64,000 bases of DNA, from positions 6,319 to 70,318 of the IMG/VR virus record IMGVR_UViG_3300027872_000004; one strand, 5' to 3'. Both the position numbers and the translations under genes were made by a program. This document shows positions 19,266 through 27,895 of this stretch, one piece after another. The notes beneath the pieces were generated by a model. It had not been told where the DNA came from, searched no databases, and was given only the letters and a program-made list of their open reading frames with translations. The DNA is from a virus. How positions within the stretch are numbered: position 1 is the first letter of the stretch; each line of letters begins with the position of its first letter.

Positions 19266-19470
19266 AGATCTTGTCCCGGTAGATAGCGTCACACATCGCG
19301 ATGTATGCGTTCGCTCGTTGATCCAGACCCAGCTCCAGTCCCAGGGCCTGGTTGGCTTCAACGCACAACTGCTCGCTCGGGTAGGGGCCACGTCGCTCCA
19401 GCGGCTCGGCACAGTGTACTACTTTGTCGGTGACTGTGAACATGCAGATCACCAGGAAGTATTCAAGCAT
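19204..19470 (-). CDS. Cys-containing secreted/membrane-anchored protein
   Basis: Hydrophobic N-terminus; three Cys beyond it. Confidence 0.45.
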   Translation of the reverse strand: MLEYFLVICMFTVTDKVVHCAEPLERRGPYPSEQLCVEANQALGLELGLDQRANAYIAMCDAIYRDKIYATDSKGREDQTSHGEAVRL

Positions 19471-19636
19471 CAACCTGCTCCTCGTTAATTTCCGCCAGCA
19501 GCTCGTCCCAGGACTTGTCGCCCTTGGTGTGCGGATAGCAGTACTTCGAGTTCAGCAACAGGCAAATACGATTCATGCAACCAGGTATCGGGCACATCGG
19601 CCACTCGTGGTAAGGAATCATATCGTAATCCAGCAT
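19463..19636 (-). CDS. small Cys/His protein (57 aa)
   Basis: Read by hand: CPIPGC...C......YCYPH. Confidence 0.5.
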   Translation of the reverse strand: MLDYDMIPYHEWPMCPIPGCMNRICLLLNSKYCYPHTKGDKSWDELLAEINEEQVDA

Positions 19637-19645
19637 CTTTCACTT

Positions 19646-19864
19646 CTACCCTGTGTATGGATACGGCGGCACTCGCTCCCAGTCCTTGCCCATGGCCTGA
19701 GCATAATGACTGATAATCGGCCCACCTCCTCCGCCTTGCTCGTGAACAGTTAAGGAAACCGCTCCGACTGGCTGCCACCCGTTACCTATTGCTGCATTGA
19801 CTGCGGCGACGAACACTGCTTTATCATCGGCCGCGACCACATCGTAAGTACTCATCTTGTCCAT
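19646..19864 (-). CDS. DUF1737-like protein
   Basis: Y.VV...VN..I..GWQP.G...YAQAM. Confidence 0.7.
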   Translation of the reverse strand: MDKMSTYDVVAADDKAVFVAAVNAAIGNGWQPVGAVSLTVHEQGGGGGPIISHYAQAMGKDWERVPPYPYTG

Positions 19865-19895
19865 GTTTCTCACCCCACAGTGAAGTGCTGACAGC

Positions 19896-20195
19896 TTACT
19901 GTTCAAATCCAGGGTTCCAATAAGTAGTTCTCCTCTGACCGTCCCTGCCATCGTGAACCGCCCACTCGTCCTCATCGTAGAGCCCGTTCACAGCCACACT
20001 CAGGCCGAACTTGTTGGCCAAGTCATGCACCTCCTGAACTGGCATGTAATGGCCTGAGCTGATGACCAGCTCCATAGGCAATGTGCATAGATTCAGCTTC
20101 AGCGCCAACAGAGCCTCACATGCGTCCTCCAGGGCTGCCTCGCCCAGATCTGCTGGAGTGCTGGGCTCGATGACCTTGCCGATCGCCGGCTTCAT
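19896..20195 (-). CDS. hypothetical protein
   Basis: Coupled ORF. Confidence 0.5.
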   Translation of the reverse strand: MKPAIGKVIEPSTPADLGEAALEDACEALLALKLNLCTLPMELVISSGHYMPVQEVHDLANKFGLSVAVNGLYDEDEWAVHDGRDGQRRTTYWNPGFEQ

Positions 20196-20407
20196 TCTGC
20201 GTACCTCACCATGGCCTGAGCGTAATGCTCGAAGTCGTTCGGCAGGTTCTTGTCGTTCGGGCCCAGCTCCCGGTGAATGTTCCGTTCGTAGACCAGGCAG
20301 ATGCCGCCGATCGGTTGCCAGCCTTCAGTGATATTCTCGTACACCGCTTCAGCCAGGACTGCGGCGTTGATGGCAGTCACTACCAGGTAATCGGTGATCA
20401 TCCTCAT
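20192..20407 (-). CDS. DUF1737-like protein
   Basis: DYLVV...V...I.EGWQPIGG...YAQAMV. Confidence 0.7.
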   Translation of the reverse strand: MRMITDYLVVTAINAAVLAEAVYENITEGWQPIGGICLVYERNIHRELGPNDKNLPNDFEHYAQAMVRYAE

Positions 20408-20705
20408 TCCAATATCTCCTCCGAAGCCAGTTACTGAACAACTGAAGGCGTTCCTGAGATGCCTTCAACGCATCCTTGTCCTCCTCCACCTCGTTCTGAA
20501 GGACGCTGCTCACCTTGGCCACCGCTTCCTCGAAGGTCGGATAGTATGATTCCCAGCTCGACTTGATCTTGGTTCGACGCTCACTACCGTCACGGCACTT
20601 CAGCCAGATCGTCTTGTCAGTGTGGCGAGTGACCTCGACCGCTATCATGAAGTTATCTTCCATGCCCCAACGCACTCCACCGTCGAGTCTATACCAGGTT
20701 TCCAT
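20349..20705 (-). CDS. hypothetical protein
   Basis: Start METWYR coupled to upstream stop. Confidence 0.5.
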   Translation of the reverse strand: METWYRLDGGVRWGMEDNFMIAVEVTRHTDKTIWLKCRDGSERRTKIKSSWESYYPTFEEAVAKVSSVLQNEVEEDKDALKASQERLQLFSNWLRRRYWNEDDHRLPGSDCHQRRSPG

Positions 20706-20932
20706 TATGTCAGCTCCACCTTGATCGTCAGGCCATCCCGCATCAGCAGGCCAAGCAGATACTCGGTGGACCACTTGGCTTTCCCTTTGACGATCTCATT
20801 GATTGTGGACTGAGGCACACCCCAGGCCCGAGCAGCACTGGATTGGCTCTCGTGCAGCTCTATGCGGCGCTGTACCGCCGTTTGCAGGTGACCTCTCATC
20901 TCCTGCTTAGTATTCGCGATGAAGCTGTTCAT
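20705..20932 (-). CDS. HTH DNA-binding protein (XRE/Cro-like)
   Basis: SQSSAARAWGVPQSTINEIVKG helix-turn-helix. Confidence 0.75.
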   Translation of the reverse strand: MNSFIANTKQEMRGHLQTAVQRRIELHESQSSAARAWGVPQSTINEIVKGKAKWSTEYLLGLLMRDGLTIKVELT

Positions 20933-20935
20933 ATT

Positions 20936-21079
20936 CTAAGTTCCCTCACAGTTTTCTAAGTTCCGACCTTGGTAGGTGATCCAGATCCAGTAGAGGCTGA
21001 AGCACCTGGGGCAGTGTTTGTATGTCGCATAGTGTCCAGGGCGGTCGTACCACTGCAATCTACACTGGCAGCACTCCAT
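20936..21079 (-). CDS. small zinc-ribbon peptide (47 aa)
   Basis: Read by hand: CCQC...CPRC. Confidence 0.45.
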   Translation of the reverse strand: MECCQCRLQWYDRPGHYATYKHCPRCFSLYWIWITYQGRNLENCEGT

Positions 21080-21120
21080 CAGGCCCTTCCTCACTCCACC
21101 TTACCTCAACTTACCAAAAC

Positions 21121-21501
21121 TTACGCTTCTTTGGGGTCCTGGACGTTGCAAACACCAGCTTGTTGCTTTCGCTCTGATGCAGCATCGAAGTGCGATTGTG
21201 GTAAGTCATTAACACGAGCCCACTCCAGGCAGCTTTGCCGGTTAAGATCAACACCCAGATGCTCTGCCATTGCCTCCAGGGTAATCATCACTCCGCCCAT
21301 TTCCTTTGAGTAGTCGCCTACCGGACGACCGTAAACGTGATGCAAGATCGATACGACATCGGACGAGGTTAAGCCAATCGCCTGTACCAGCTCGATAGAC
21401 TCCTCAATGAAACGGAGGGCACGTTCGCGATCATTCAGGAACGACTCACCAAAGGTAGTGCGAACCCACTCAAGTACTTCTTTCTGTGTGTGATTACTCA
21501 T
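21121..21501 (-). CDS. MazG-like NTP pyrophosphatase-fold protein
   Basis: RFIEESIELVQA...KEMGGV.ITL acidic helix pattern. Confidence 0.6.
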   Translation of the reverse strand: MSNHTQKEVLEWVRTTFGESFLNDRERALRFIEESIELVQAIGLTSSDVVSILHHVYGRPVGDYSKEMGGVMITLEAMAEHLGVDLNRQSCLEWARVNDLPQSHFDAASERKQQAGVCNVQDPKEA

Positions 21502-21510
21502 TGGTTCCTC

Positions 21511-21720
21511 CTATCCATCTGTAACGCTCGCTCTCAGCTTCAGGTTGTCTACCAGGTGTGGCATGGGCGCCTGGCGCCAGAATCGTTTCTCGATGACCTC
21601 ACGAGCCTCAAAGGCATGATAGGACTTGGCCAGGGATCTCATCGTTGACCAGTTTGTGCCTGTCCAGTACTCGATCGCCTTGGGACCTTGCTTCCTGCGA
21701 ATAATGTATCGTTCCCTCAT
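21511..21720 (-). CDS. hypothetical protein
   Basis: Coupled ORF with RBS. Confidence 0.5.
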   Translation of the reverse strand: MRERYIIRRKQGPKAIEYWTGTNWSTMRSLAKSYHAFEAREVIEKRFWRQAPMPHLVDNLKLRASVTDG

Positions 21721-22073
21721 TGGATCAATGGATCAACAACCTGCTGGAGATGAACTTGGAGGACATCACTGATGGTGACTGCCGGCAGTTCAATCTGATG
21801 GTAATTTCTATGCCGCGCTCTGATGAGTATCGGCACATCATCCTCATCAGGTAGTTCGACAGTGACAGGACCATGGCCTGCAACCTTGCCCAAAAAAAAC
21901 ACATCCATCGTGTCTGCATTGAAAATACCGATAGAAGTGCCAATTACCAAACCATCGATTACTACTTCTCTGGTGTCGTGTTGGAGAACTGGCAACGGCT
22001 CTGTTGGGAGCAGCGGTACTGACGCGAAGGCTCCCGATACTTTCAAAAAGTGCCTTCTATTCATCTCACTCAT
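21717..22073 (-). CDS. protein with twin-arginine-like N-terminus
   Basis: MSEMNRRHFLKVSGAFASVP. Confidence 0.55.
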   Translation of the reverse strand: MSEMNRRHFLKVSGAFASVPLLPTEPLPVLQHDTREVVIDGLVIGTSIGIFNADTMDVFFLGKVAGHGPVTVELPDEDDVPILIRARHRNYHQIELPAVTISDVLQVHLQQVVDPLIQ

Positions 22074-22354
22074 CAGTCTCCCTCCAGAAAATGACCAACA
22101 TTGACATCCAGCATGCAGGATGAACAAAAGATTCTGATGTTTTCACAGACCAGTGAGGCCATATCGTCGTCTGGCCCCATCACGTTCGCTAGACCAGCGT
22201 GACCACCAAGCATCATCTCCAGGCCAGCTTGGCGTTGCACAGCGTTGCAATCAACACCGAACGTCTCGACCTTGACCCGGTAAAAGATCGGATTGCCCGC
22301 ATGCATTACCCCTTTACCGCAGTTAGCGCACGGTCGGAGATCTTTATGCTTCAT
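22073..22354 (-). CDS. zinc-finger protein
   Basis: CANC ... CSSC. Confidence 0.55.
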   Translation of the reverse strand: MKHKDLRPCANCGKGVMHAGNPIFYRVKVETFGVDCNAVQRQAGLEMMLGGHAGLANVMGPDDDMASLVCENIRIFCSSCMLDVNVGHFLEGD

Positions 22355-22578
22355 CCCTCCAGCCTCTCGATACGCGAGCGCACTTCCATCAGTATCTCGC
22401 TGAAGGCATTGTGGGAGTGGGTCCAGGCTGTGCGTTCGTCGGCTGACTTGGCTGCTGTGATGCAGTTCTGGGCCTGGTGCGCCTTGTATTTAAGGCGAAG
22501 CTCTAGTTCCCTCAGTTCTTTCAATCCGTTATCCATTTTATTGATGTTTCCCTTCTTAGATTTCCGTGTCCTCGTCAT
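22351..22578 (-). CDS. hypothetical coiled-coil protein
   Basis: Coupled ORF. Confidence 0.45.
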   Translation of the reverse strand: MTRTRKSKKGNINKMDNGLKELRELELRLKYKAHQAQNCITAAKSADERTAWTHSHNAFSEILMEVRSRIERLEG

Positions 22579-22930
22579 TGAATAACTCCCTCAGATCTCC
22601 TGGTTCATTCGCGTATTGATCGCTGAACGCTTTGTTCAAACTGTCGGCCAATATCTTTCTGAACTCAGCTCTGGTAACAATTGCATTTCCCTTGCGGGCC
22701 CCATCGTGAAACACAGGCGCTAACGGTGCATGCAAATCGTCATACAGCATCGCGTTCTTTGCGTCCGCGACCTCGATCCATGGTCCTGGTGTGAAGTCCA
22801 TCTCATCGTATGGGATCTTCGAGCCCTCGAACTTGATTGGGGCCAAGTTCGGAGTGTCGGCCACAGCGTTGCCGGCAACTACTGCGCCGGCAGCCGCGAA
22901 CATCCTGCTGATGAATCCTCGTCTATTCAC
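22556..22930 (-). CDS. protein with twin-arginine signal-like N-terminus
   Basis: MNRRGFISRMFAAAGAVVAGNAVA-D. Confidence 0.6.
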   Translation of the reverse strand: MNRRGFISRMFAAAGAVVAGNAVADTPNLAPIKFEGSKIPYDEMDFTPGPWIEVADAKNAMLYDDLHAPLAPVFHDGARKGNAIVTRAEFRKILADSLNKAFSDQYANEPGDLRELFNDEDTEI

Positions 22931-23115
22931 GCAGCTTGATCGTCCTTCGGGTTCATGAGAGTCAGCAGCTTCTCCTGGTAGGGCTCGCTGCCATGGATCT
23001 CGCCTTCATGATCCTCGTGGGCCAGCTTGTCGTCGCAGATACCACATCGCAATTCCATGCGACTGTGCGCGTTCGATACCAACACATCCCTCGGATGTGA
23101 ACATTTTTCGCTCAT
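22927..23115 (-). CDS. small Cys/His protein
   Basis: CSH...CGIC. Confidence 0.5.
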   Translation of the reverse strand: MSEKCSHPRDVLVSNAHSRMELRCGICDDKLAHEDHEGEIHGSEPYQEKLLTLMNPKDDQAA

Positions 23116-23130
23116 TACTCCAACCCCTGT

Positions 23131-23316
23131 TCATCTGCAAAAGTAGTTCGCCCAAGTCTCGTATTCTTCGTCGCTGACGACCAGGTATAAACCCCATATT
23201 TTGCCATCACTGGAACTGATCACCGCGAACGTGCGACCACCATCGCAGGTGAACAGGAACACTCGCTCGTAAGAGAGAGCCCGATCATACGTGCAGTGCC
23301 CTTCGATCGTCAGCAT
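23131..23316 (-). CDS. hypothetical protein
   Basis: ORF with RBS. Confidence 0.45.
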   Translation of the reverse strand: MLTIEGHCTYDRALSYERVFLFTCDGGRTFAVISSSDGKIWGLYLVVSDEEYETWANYFCR

Positions 23317-23325
23317 CGATTCATC

Positions 23326-23916
23326 CTAACCGTGTTGAAACAGCTCCTCTTTTGTGGTGTGGACTCTCGGCACCCAGTAGAAATCTCTCTCAATTTCCTG
23401 CATACCTGGATTATTCACATAGGCACCATCGGCCAACGAGCCATGTCCTACTACCTGGTATGCGGCCATACCCTGGCTCATCGCGATGATCGACAGGGCC
23501 TCCATTTCCTCATCGTTGTCCGGATCCACTCCGCATTCCACGAGTGTCTCGTGAGAGATGTAATCAGCGTCAGGCCAGTTCAGAGTATTGGGCCCACAGA
23601 TTTTGAATTTCGGTGGCCGACGAGCTATCTCAGTCGCACGAATAATCTTGACCAGCGACTCTGAGGCCCGTTTCCCCAGTTCTTCAGGAGTGATTTGCAT
23701 CCATGACTCAGGATCGTGGAAATCAGTCTGCTCGAAGATCTGTACGTTCCAGGGCTCGGCCTTGTCGAGACCATAGAAGTATTTCTCGGTCGCCTGCTCA
23801 TAGCGCCAGGTGCCACCTCGAAGCGAGTCAGGCAGAAACTTCGGCGCCATACGAATCGAGATGGCCACCGTGGCTACGGCAGCCGCGAGTCCCTGAAAAA
23901 ACAATCTCCTGTTCAC
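23326..23916 (-). CDS. protein with twin-arginine signal-like N-terminus
   Basis: MNRRLFFQGLAAAVATVAISI. Confidence 0.55.
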   Translation of the reverse strand: MNRRLFFQGLAAAVATVAISIRMAPKFLPDSLRGGTWRYEQATEKYFYGLDKAEPWNVQIFEQTDFHDPESWMQITPEELGKRASESLVKIIRATEIARRPPKFKICGPNTLNWPDADYISHETLVECGVDPDNDEEMEALSIIAMSQGMAAYQVVGHGSLADGAYVNNPGMQEIERDFYWVPRVHTTKEELFQHG

Positions 23917-23928
23917 GTCAGTCCTTCG

Positions 23929-24024
23929 TCACCAGTACTTACGATTACCAAGCCACGCCATATAGGCAACCCCGACTACGCAGGTCAGCACGATCAAGAC
24001 TATTACGGCCGCTTCGCTGCACAT
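23929..24024 (-). CDS. single-TM micropeptide (31 aa)
   Basis: Read by hand: MCSEAAVIVLIVLTCVVGVAYMAWLGNRKYW; GAGGA RBS. Confidence 0.5.
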   Translation of the reverse strand: MCSEAAVIVLIVLTCVVGVAYMAWLGNRKYW

Positions 24025-24034
24025 GGTCAGTCCT

Positions 24035-24247
24035 CTAAACCAGACTGCGTGGAACGTCCGGGTTTTCTACCGGCCGTATACTGTAGCTGACGCCAGGCTC
24101 ATAGTTAGTGATGCAAATTTCCTCACCAGGCAACAGTTTCATCGGCGTCTGCGACGGTGAACCTGCCAGTCGGCAACCAGGTGCCTCCAGATTCAGATGC
24201 GACACAAGCTCAAAGTTCTCGGCCCCTATGTTCTTAATCACGATCAT
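24035..24247 (-). CDS. hypothetical protein
   Basis: ORF with RBS. Confidence 0.5.
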   Translation of the reverse strand: MIVIKNIGAENFELVSHLNLEAPGCRLAGSPSQTPMKLLPGEEICITNYEPGVSYSIRPVENPDVPRSLV

Positions 24248-24250
24248 CCC

Positions 24251-24586
24251 TTACTCCTTTTCGGGTTCAACACCCTCCGCTTCATCGATCGCTTTGCCAA
24301 CGTCAGGGTCGCGAGTCTTGATCGTCTCGTAGGTCGAGCGACCAGGTTTACCGATCGTTCTGATTGGTGTCGGCTTGGGCGATCGTGTCTTGGTGTCCGC
24401 AGGCTTCTCAGCCCTGGCTGAATCTTCGAGCGCCTTGATCGCTGCCCGGCGTTCGGCCGCTGTCGGCTTCTTGGCCAACCTCTCTGCTCGCGCCTTGTCA
24501 CGAGTACTGCTTGGAGCTGGTGTACTGAGCGGTGCGCCATGGCTCACCGGCTTTCCTCGTTGCTCTCTGTTAGATCTGCTTGGCAT
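24251..24586 (-). CDS. basic low-complexity protein
   Basis: ORF with RBS. Confidence 0.5.
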   Translation of the reverse strand: MPSRSNREQRGKPVSHGAPLSTPAPSSTRDKARAERLAKKPTAAERRAAIKALEDSARAEKPADTKTRSPKPTPIRTIGKPGRSTYETIKTRDPDVGKAIDEAEGVEPEKE

Positions 24587-24600
24587 GCCTCACTCCAAAA

Positions 24601-24795
24601 TCAGATATCTTTCCGCCTCATCTGTTTGCGAACCTTCTCCGGTACTTTCTCGACGTAGGCCGGCTCTACATTCAACTCCTCACCGTAGTAACTTCTCCCG
24701 AGCCTGGACTTTTTTTGAAGCCTCTCCTGTGCCTTGCATGCAGTCGAGTCTGGATCCGCACGACACGCACCTTTCGCTGATCTGCTTCTAGGCAT
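24601..24795 (-). CDS. small basic protein
   Basis: ORF with RBS. Confidence 0.5.
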   Translation of the reverse strand: MPRSRSAKGACRADPDSTACKAQERLQKKSRLGRSYYGEELNVEPAYVEKVPEKVRKQMRRKDI

Positions 24796-24811
24796 AGCGC
24801 CACCTCTTACC

Positions 24812-24994
24812 TCAGTGAGATGGGAACTCTCTGACCTTCTGCGAGCTGGCCGGCGTCGAGCCGCTCAACCGCTTCATCTTGGTCAGGTGTTTGCCTGGAT
24901 CTTTTTCGGGAACCTCGCCCATTTCAGTGCAAGGCTCGTAAGCTGGATGCTCGGTCGTTGGCGTTTCAAAGCCTTTGCCCCTGGTATCACCCAT
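24812..24994 (-). CDS. hypothetical protein
   Basis: Start MGDTRG overlaps upstream stop. Confidence 0.45.
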   Translation of the reverse strand: MGDTRGKGFETPTTEHPAYEPCTEMGEVPEKDPGKHLTKMKRLSGSTPASSQKVREFPSH

Positions 24995-25283
24995 TGGATT
25001 TCCCCTCAGTCGGTGGCGGCGACTCATCCTCGTCAGGATGTTCGACAGTGTACGTGAAAGGACCAACGAACGGTATCTCACCCATAAGGGGCATAATCGG
25101 CCAGTCAGCTTCCTCGCTCTCCAAGACAATCTGGACTCGATGATTGGCCTGGTCCTCGTCAGTCTGAAATACCTTCACGATCTTCACGTCATTCGGACAG
25201 TCCGTGGTCACGTAATCGTTCTGACCGGCAGTCAGGATCTGTTCCAACAGTTCAGTCGATAGTTCAATTCGGCCGATCTTCAT
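24987..25283 (-). CDS. hypothetical protein
   Basis: Coupled ORF. Confidence 0.5.
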   Translation of the reverse strand: MKIGRIELSTELLEQILTAGQNDYVTTDCPNDVKIVKVFQTDEDQANHRVQIVLESEEADWPIMPLMGEIPFVGPFTYTVEHPDEDESPPPTEGKSNG

Positions 25284-25621
25284 CCTGCGCCCTCCGGTGG
25301 TAAATTATTGAGAGTCGCGTTGACAAGGTACTGAACATTTTCTGCTTCGTTTGGAGCTATTGACACCGTGACTTCACCTCTCATCAGGCCGTTTGTGTGT
25401 CTGCCTATCTTGACCATAAAAATAGACGATACCTTGTTGTTTTCAAGATCTTCAACTGCCTGTTTCAACTGACTCAAGGTGATCTTCACAATCTGTTCAG
25501 GCATAAGATTGTGGCTCACTGGCTCCTGGTCTGCCATCTCCTTCTTCAGTCGCTGGATATCGAGACTAGCGACACCGTTATCGTCAAGCAGGATTATTTT
25601 CTTGTCTTTCAAAGATCTCAT
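25280..25621 (-). CDS. hypothetical protein
   Basis: Coupled ORF. Confidence 0.5.
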   Translation of the reverse strand: MRSLKDKKIILLDDNGVASLDIQRLKKEMADQEPVSHNLMPEQIVKITLSQLKQAVEDLENNKVSSIFMVKIGRHTNGLMRGEVTVSIAPNEAENVQYLVNATLNNLPPEGAG

Positions 25622-25793
25622 CCTCCGCCGCGCTCAGCAAGTCCTTCCATTTTTCACGGACCTGTTTTTTCTGAGCATCTGTCAGGTTGTGAGTTGTCGT
25701 TGGTGGCTGGGTTCTTTCAACCAGCCACACCAAATAATCGTCAGGGACATCCTTGAGATCCTTTCCGTTATGCGCCCCGAACCAGAGTCTCAC
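25584..25793 (-). CDS. DUF3820 / ExoX C-terminal-like small protein
   Basis: FGAHNGK.LKDVPDDYL.WL motif. Confidence 0.65.
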   Translation of the reverse strand: MRLWFGAHNGKDLKDVPDDYLVWLVERTQPPTTTHNLTDAQKKQVREKWKDLLSAAEDEIFERQENNPA

Positions 25794-26152
25794 ATTTCTT
25801 CCTTGTCGTCTGGGTGCACTTCACCAATCGCAGGTGGTGGCGACGGTTGCGGCAGTCCATCCCTGACCGCTTGCTTCGCTGCTCGCCCCTCTGCTTCAGC
25901 GACTTCGGCTGCTTCCCGAGCCACTCTACGCTCAGTGAGCTTGACGCTCAATGTCTGGTCATCGTAGCCGAGCGCATAACAGATCTCAGCCATGATCTTC
26001 TTCTCGATCGCCGGCTTCAGCTCCAGAATTGTTCGGAGGCGCTCCGTGCGCCGACGCATCTCGGCTTGATCTTTCGATACCAGGTTGTAGCTGATCCCGG
26101 TCATCATGTTCAGCGATATGGTGAAATCAACACAGTCTTTTGTCATCGGCAT
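25790..26152 (-). CDS. hypothetical protein
   Basis: Coupled ORF. Confidence 0.5.
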   Translation of the reverse strand: MPMTKDCVDFTISLNMMTGISYNLVSKDQAEMRRRTERLRTILELKPAIEKKIMAEICYALGYDDQTLSVKLTERRVAREAAEVAEAEGRAAKQAVRDGLPQPSPPPAIGEVHPDDKEEM

Positions 26153-26427
26153 CGTAGTATCTCCCTCAAGTCTTTAAGCGCCTGGCACGACTGATCATGG
26201 ACGAGCCAGAATATGTTTTTGATGTGCTGCTCGCAACCAGGACAGACCGTGCAATCCTTACACGAGCCACCTGACCTCACGAATGTTTTCCCCAGGTAGC
26301 AGGCGCACACCTCTGGAAGTGTTTCCTCGATCATCTTTCTCCGCCAGGCCAGCCACCTTTCGTGGATCTCGTGCGGTGTCTGCCTGCGCTTAGGACCGGT
26401 CATAGTTCCTACCGAGGGTGGCGCCAC
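26143..26427 (-). CDS. Cys-rich hypothetical protein
   Basis: C.C...C..C..C..C. Confidence 0.45.
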   Translation of the reverse strand: MAPPSVGTMTGPKRRQTPHEIHERWLAWRRKMIEETLPEVCACYLGKTFVRSGGSCKDCTVCPGCEQHIKNIFWLVHDQSCQALKDLREILRCR

Positions 26428-26779
26428 AGTTGACGATCATTTCGTTTTTGCGCGCCTCGCTCACGAGGTACTTGGCTAGGATCTCAGCCGCAGCTCGAAC
26501 AAACGCCAGCCACCAATGATTTGTCACGACCAACAGAAACACCTGAAGCAAGATATTGATATCTCCACCCGCTTTGAGAACGTGGTTCTTCGGGCTGAGA
26601 TGGACCAGGAAGCTGTCTTTCAACGAAAACATGCTCAAGGCGACGAGCAGGAATAGATGCGCGATCCACGAAACCAGGTCAGCTTGCGCTTCGGTACCGG
26701 CCGGTGTGTTGGCCGCGTAGATCAGCCAGGTGTACCAGCTCGAAAACGCTACTGCGATCCATTGACTGAATTTACTCAT
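26390..26779 (-). CDS. multi-TM membrane protein
   Basis: Several hydrophobic segments; own promoter. Confidence 0.5.
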   Translation of the reverse strand: MSKFSQWIAVAFSSWYTWLIYAANTPAGTEAQADLVSWIAHLFLLVALSMFSLKDSFLVHLSPKNHVLKAGGDINILLQVFLLVVTNHWWLAFVRAAAEILAKYLVSEARKNEMIVNCGATLGRNYDRS

Positions 26780-26784
26780 GATGA

Positions 26785-26831
26785 CCGTACCCTCCTATCG
26801 ATAGACTACGATAATGTGACGAAGATCTCAA
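26785..26831 (-). promoter_or_regulatory. sigma70-like promoter + GGGTACGG box
   Basis: TTGAGA-17-TAGTCT-10-GGGTACGG. Confidence 0.55.
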
Positions 26832-27511
26832 TCTATTCTGTGAGATTGACCCTCGATTACCCTGGCCTTGGCTGCCTTCTCCTGAAACCCCCGAAGCGTC
26901 TCGATGACCATTTCCAGGTCGTTCTGTGGCATGGCGCTGAAATCGATCGCATCTGCCTTGTCTCGGCGCATATTGAGATCGAGCATCAGCTTCTCACTGA
27001 ACATGCCGAGGTGCTTACCCAGGTTTACCAGGGCGCCGGCTTTGTCGTGAAGCACGTATTGGTAATCGAACTCCTCGCCATCGTCGGTCTTGATCAGTTG
27101 CTTGCTCCAGGACGATACCGCCAGGGCCTGCTGGTTGGTCAGGTCACTGATCGGCTTTCCGATCTCTCGGAGCTTACCGCTGATCGTCACGATCCGAACG
27201 TAGTCCTTGATATTCTGGAGGCCGATCGCTGACATCTCGCTCAGGATACGGGTGTTGGTGACATCGTAGTGCGCCTCCGCCAGTTGGTTCTTCTTTTCCT
27301 GGAGGAAAACGAAAAACGGCCTCAGCTTCTTCGCAAGTTTGTGCGATTCCACCTTGGCCGTGTTCCTGGTGTAGCCGGCGTTCATCATCGCCCTGAATGG
27401 CGGATAACCAAACTGGACTACCTGAAGGGCGAACTCCAGTTGCTTTTTCGTTCTAGGCCAGCCCCTCGTATTGTGGGGCTCGAACGAAATTGTCTCTGCT
27501 ATTGCGCTCAA
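26828..27511 (-). CDS. terS: terminase small subunit
   Basis: RA...AGY...TA HTH start; middle LHDK.GAL..LGKHLGMF motif typical of TerS. Confidence 0.8.
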   Translation of the reverse strand: MSAIAETISFEPHNTRGWPRTKKQLEFALQVVQFGYPPFRAMMNAGYTRNTAKVESHKLAKKLRPFFVFLQEKKNQLAEAHYDVTNTRILSEMSAIGLQNIKDYVRIVTISGKLREIGKPISDLTNQQALAVSSWSKQLIKTDDGEEFDYQYVLHDKAGALVNLGKHLGMFSEKLMLDLNMRRDKADAIDFSAMPQNDLEMVIETLRGFQEKAAKARVIEGQSHRID

Positions 27512-27616
27512 CTACACGCTCCATTATTTCCCGGCAGCCGCAACCGCGCCACCGAGGGTGCGTCGGATGCGTCATATGATAACCGCAAGGGCGGAATACT
27601 TTCACGTTTCTCGTGT

Positions 27617-27826
27617 TCATCTCGCTCTCAATCGGACCTCAATCGCGTTGCCAGCCGGGACGACCTGCATCGATGCCATGTCATCAACCTTCAGACCAAT
27701 GTGCTGGTCGAGTAGTTTCCTGGCTGTCTCTAACCTCGTAATCCCGAAGTCATTGCTGGTGAACATCTCTTTCGGCACCCGAAATGACATCCACTCTGCA
27801 ATTATGATCCCTCGAATTGTTTTCAT
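27617..27826 (-). CDS. hypothetical protein
   Basis: Divergent from the early plus-strand unit. Confidence 0.45.
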   Translation of the reverse strand: MKTIRGIIIAEWMSFRVPKEMFTSNDFGITRLETARKLLDQHIGLKVDDMASMQVVPAGNAIEVRLRAR

Positions 27827-27830
27827 ATCC

Positions 27831-27874
27831 TTGCAATGCTGCTGTCAGGAATGTATTGTCTCATCTGGGTACAG
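27831..27874 (+). promoter_or_regulatory. sigma70-like promoter + GGGTACAG box
   Basis: TTGCAA-17-TATTGT-7-GGGTACAG. Confidence 0.65.
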
Positions 27875-27895
27875 TAAATCAACCAGGAGAAACCC

